Source: an uncultured Chloroflexia bacterium (GTDB lineage: Bacteria > Chloroflexota > Dehalococcoidia > Dehalococcoidales > RBG-16-60-22). From it: a DNA stretch of 64,000 nucleotides. The notes beneath the pieces were generated by a model. That model saw nothing but the letters and a program-made list of their open reading frames with translations. It was not told the origin of the DNA and did not search any database. A program made the translations under genes and the position numbers. Shown here one piece after another: positions 62,412 through 64,000 of this stretch (positions are counted from its first letter, which is position 1; every line of letters begins with the position of its first letter). The stretch lies in the NCBI GenBank assembly GCA_963739395.1, contig CAVUAE010000001.1, forward strand, positions 518,056 through 582,055, written 5' to 3'.

Positions 62412-62870
62412 ATGGTTTCGATAATCGCCGTAAACCGGAGTGAAAAGAAAGGCACCAGTAAAAAACCTGTTCCGGAAATAGAGGTTAAAGAAGGCTTCGG
62501 CGTCGTCGGCGATGCCCACGCTGACTGCCAGACACACCGCCAGGTAAGCTTGCTGGCGATAGAGAGCATCGACAAAATGCGCCGTAAAGGCTTCGACTTT
62601 TTAAAACCGGGAGACTTTGCGGAAAATATTACCACCAAAGGTATCAACTTAGCTTCACTCCCTATCGGCACCAGATTAAACGCCGGTAAAGAAGTGATAT
62701 TGGAAATTACACAGATCGGCAAGGAATGTCATGCCGCCTGCGCTATCCGTAAGCAGGTAGGCGACTGTGTCATGCCGCGGGAGGGGGTATTCGCTAAAGT
62801 TATTCGCAGCGGACGCATAAAAGCTGGTGACACTATCAAGATAGTCGATAAGAGAAAAAATGGAAAGTAA
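62412..62870 (+). CDS. MOSC-domain protein (Moco sulfurase C-terminal-like)
   Basis: 152 aa with GVVGDAHA, RQVSLL, GDFAENITT and a conserved Cys region (GKECHAAC). Confidence 0.7.
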   Translation: MVSIIAVNRSEKKGTSKKPVPEIEVKEGFGVVGDAHADCQTHRQVSLLAIESIDKMRRKGFDFLKPGDFAENITTKGINLASLPIGTRLNAGKEVILEITQIGKECHAACAIRKQVGDCVMPREGVFAKVIRSGRIKAGDTIKIVDKRKNGK

Positions 62871-63564
62871 AATTTTAACCAACATCGAATATAGTCGCGT
62901 TCTTGGTACCTGCCGAACAGCTACTGAAAGAATCATTAAAGAAACCGCCCTGACCATCCGCATCAGCGGCAAACACCATGCCACGGCAATGATTCTGGCG
63001 ACGTTAGAAAGAGAATTCATTTATGGTCACCTGCTAACCCAGGGAATAATCCAAAGCGCTAGGGATATACGAAGTCTAACGATCAGAAACTATACCGCTG
63101 AAGTTACTCTAGCTCGCAAGGTTAATAAGAAACCACCCCACCATAAAGTCAGCTCTAGTCTTAAGGTAAGAACCAGCGACATTTTTAACTATGTGAAGGC
63201 TATCACGCAATCCGAGATATTTAACGAGACGGAAGCTGTTTATACCGCCGGCTTGTTTCTTTATGGTAGAGAGGCAGCAGTTTGCATCGCCGAAGACCTG
63301 GGACGGTACAACGTTTTGGATAAGGTCATCGGTTATGGTCTCCTGCATAATATCGATTTCCGCCAGACCATCGTAGCTTCTACTGGCAGGCAGCCTGCAG
63401 AAATGCTGTTAAAATGCCGTAATGTAGGCATCCCCGTTATTGCCACTAAAGCGGTACCGACTACTCTGGCGGTTGAAATCGCCGATAAAGCCGGCATCAC
63501 CATTATCGGGCTGGTGCGAGGTAAGACAATGATAGTTTATAGTCACCCGGAGAGAATCATTTAA
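62860..63564 (+). CDS. fdhD: FdhD-family formate dehydrogenase accessory sulfurtransferase paralog (no Cys in the catalytic-loop region)
   Basis: 234 aa with REFIYGHLLTQGII, AEDLGRYNVLDKVIG (the EDxGRHNAxDK box with H replaced by Y) and STGRQPAEMLLKCRNVGIPVI. The position of the E. coli SSCGVCG loop reads VSSSLKV. Confidence 0.75.
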   Translation: MESKILTNIEYSRVLGTCRTATERIIKETALTIRISGKHHATAMILATLEREFIYGHLLTQGIIQSARDIRSLTIRNYTAEVTLARKVNKKPPHHKVSSSLKVRTSDIFNYVKAITQSEIFNETEAVYTAGLFLYGREAAVCIAEDLGRYNVLDKVIGYGLLHNIDFRQTIVASTGRQPAEMLLKCRNVGIPVIATKAVPTTLAVEIADKAGITIIGLVRGKTMIVYSHPERII

Positions 63565-64000
63565 ATGTCGAGCTTAAAAACATCAAGGAAAATTAATTGT
63601 TGGGAACTAACCAGCAAACAGCTGACCCCAACAAAGTCGGACGTTATTGTCGAGGAGGAACTGCCTATCTATGTTAACGGTAAGCAGCTAATCACCGCCT
63701 CCGTTACCCCTACCTTCGAGAGGGAGTTTGCTTTAGGCTACCTACTAGGTCAGGGATTCATTAACCGACAGGATGAAGTAGAATCGGTAGAAATACTAAA
63801 CAACACCATCCACGTGACTTTGAAGGATAAACGCAAAATATTCACCGGTACAGGAAAGACCGACTACCGCATTGTTTCCAGCGGCGGCAGGTCTATGTAT
63901 GCCGGAGATGCCGCTTTGCCGGTAATAAAATCAAATATTTCCGTTCGGAAGCGAATTATCTTTTACGCGATGAATCAGCTTTTTAGAAATGCCGAGCTTT
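63565..64000 (+). CDS. fdhD: second FdhD-family paralog, N-terminal part (runs off the window)
   Basis: Open-ended, so not in the track. My translation gives MSSLKTSRKINCWELT...EEELPIYVNGKQLITASVTPTFEREFALGYLLGQGFI...DYRIVSSGGRSMYAG. The start overlaps the previous stop region (TAAATG). Confidence 0.75.
   Translation, partial: MSSLKTSRKINCWELTSKQLTPTKSDVIVEEELPIYVNGKQLITASVTPTFEREFALGYLLGQGFINRQDEVESVEILNNTIHVTLKDKRKIFTGTGKTDYRIVSSGGRSMYAGDAALPVIKSNISVRKRIIFYAMNQLFRNAEL

Noticed and set aside
1-64000. CRISPR arrays, rRNA genes and additional tRNAs.
   Set aside because: I saw no regularly spaced direct repeats. The repeated palindromes occur singly or as inverted pairs at dispersed loci. No rRNA-like sequence was seen, and only tRNA-Sec shows a T-arm/acceptor pattern.
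1-64000. Selenoprotein genes, i.e. adjacent same-frame ORFs split by TGA with a downstream hairpin.
   Set aside because: No convincing candidate was seen among the annotated genes by eye. A dedicated SECIS or in-frame-TGA scan is required before presence or absence can be stated.

Overview
This is a 64-kb, gene-dense bacterial chromosomal segment that is mostly housekeeping. My guess of a Chloroflexota/Dehalococcoidia-like origin, based on gene content and repeat types, is a low-confidence inference only.

Core blocks, in window order:
- gltX (partial), rluD, a DksA-LspA fusion and yggS.
- A minus-strand replication cluster: rplI-dnaB-dnaD-(tandem dnaC-like).
- trxB-trxA-plsX.
- nusA-ylxR-infB-rbfA-truB.
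- An inositol-phospholipid operon: ino1, a GT4 glycosyltransferase and a CDP-alcohol phosphatidyltransferase.
- purA, pcrA and mutL.
- pyrE-lepB, plsY, and dapA-dapB-pnp-rpsO.
- A hydrogenase maturation operon: hypA, hypB, hypF, a flavin reductase-like gene, hypC, hypD, hypE and a maturation protease.
- Selenocysteine machinery: tRNA-Sec, selB and selA.
- mnmA, a MOSC-domain gene and two tandem FdhD genes.

AT-rich accessory pieces are embedded in this ~50-57% G+C backbone:
1. A 1-kb single-gene insertion bounded by a 16-bp direct repeat that duplicates the overlapping stop codons of yggS and the loader gene.
2. A 1.1-kb integrase-less islet at the 3' end of tRNA-Sec, bounded by a 17/18 direct repeat. 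It carries a receiver(REC)-Mrr nuclease fusion.
3. An MvaI/BcnI-type restriction-modification pair next to mutL.
4. An IS200-like/RAYT Y1 transposase flanked by inverted hairpins with a compensatory stem change.
5. At least two families of intergenic REPIN-like paired hairpins, two of them inside the hyp operon.

Other oddities:
- A covalently duplicated DnaC/DnaI-type AAA+ loader.
- Polyproline C-terminal tails on two oxidoreductases.
- Lys/Glu-rich tails on L9 and NusA.
- FdhD paralogs lacking the catalytic-loop cysteines.
- A terminator-like hairpin in the nusA leader.
- Several apparently leaderless genes.

I saw no rRNA and no CRISPR array, and tRNA-Sec is the only tRNA I found.
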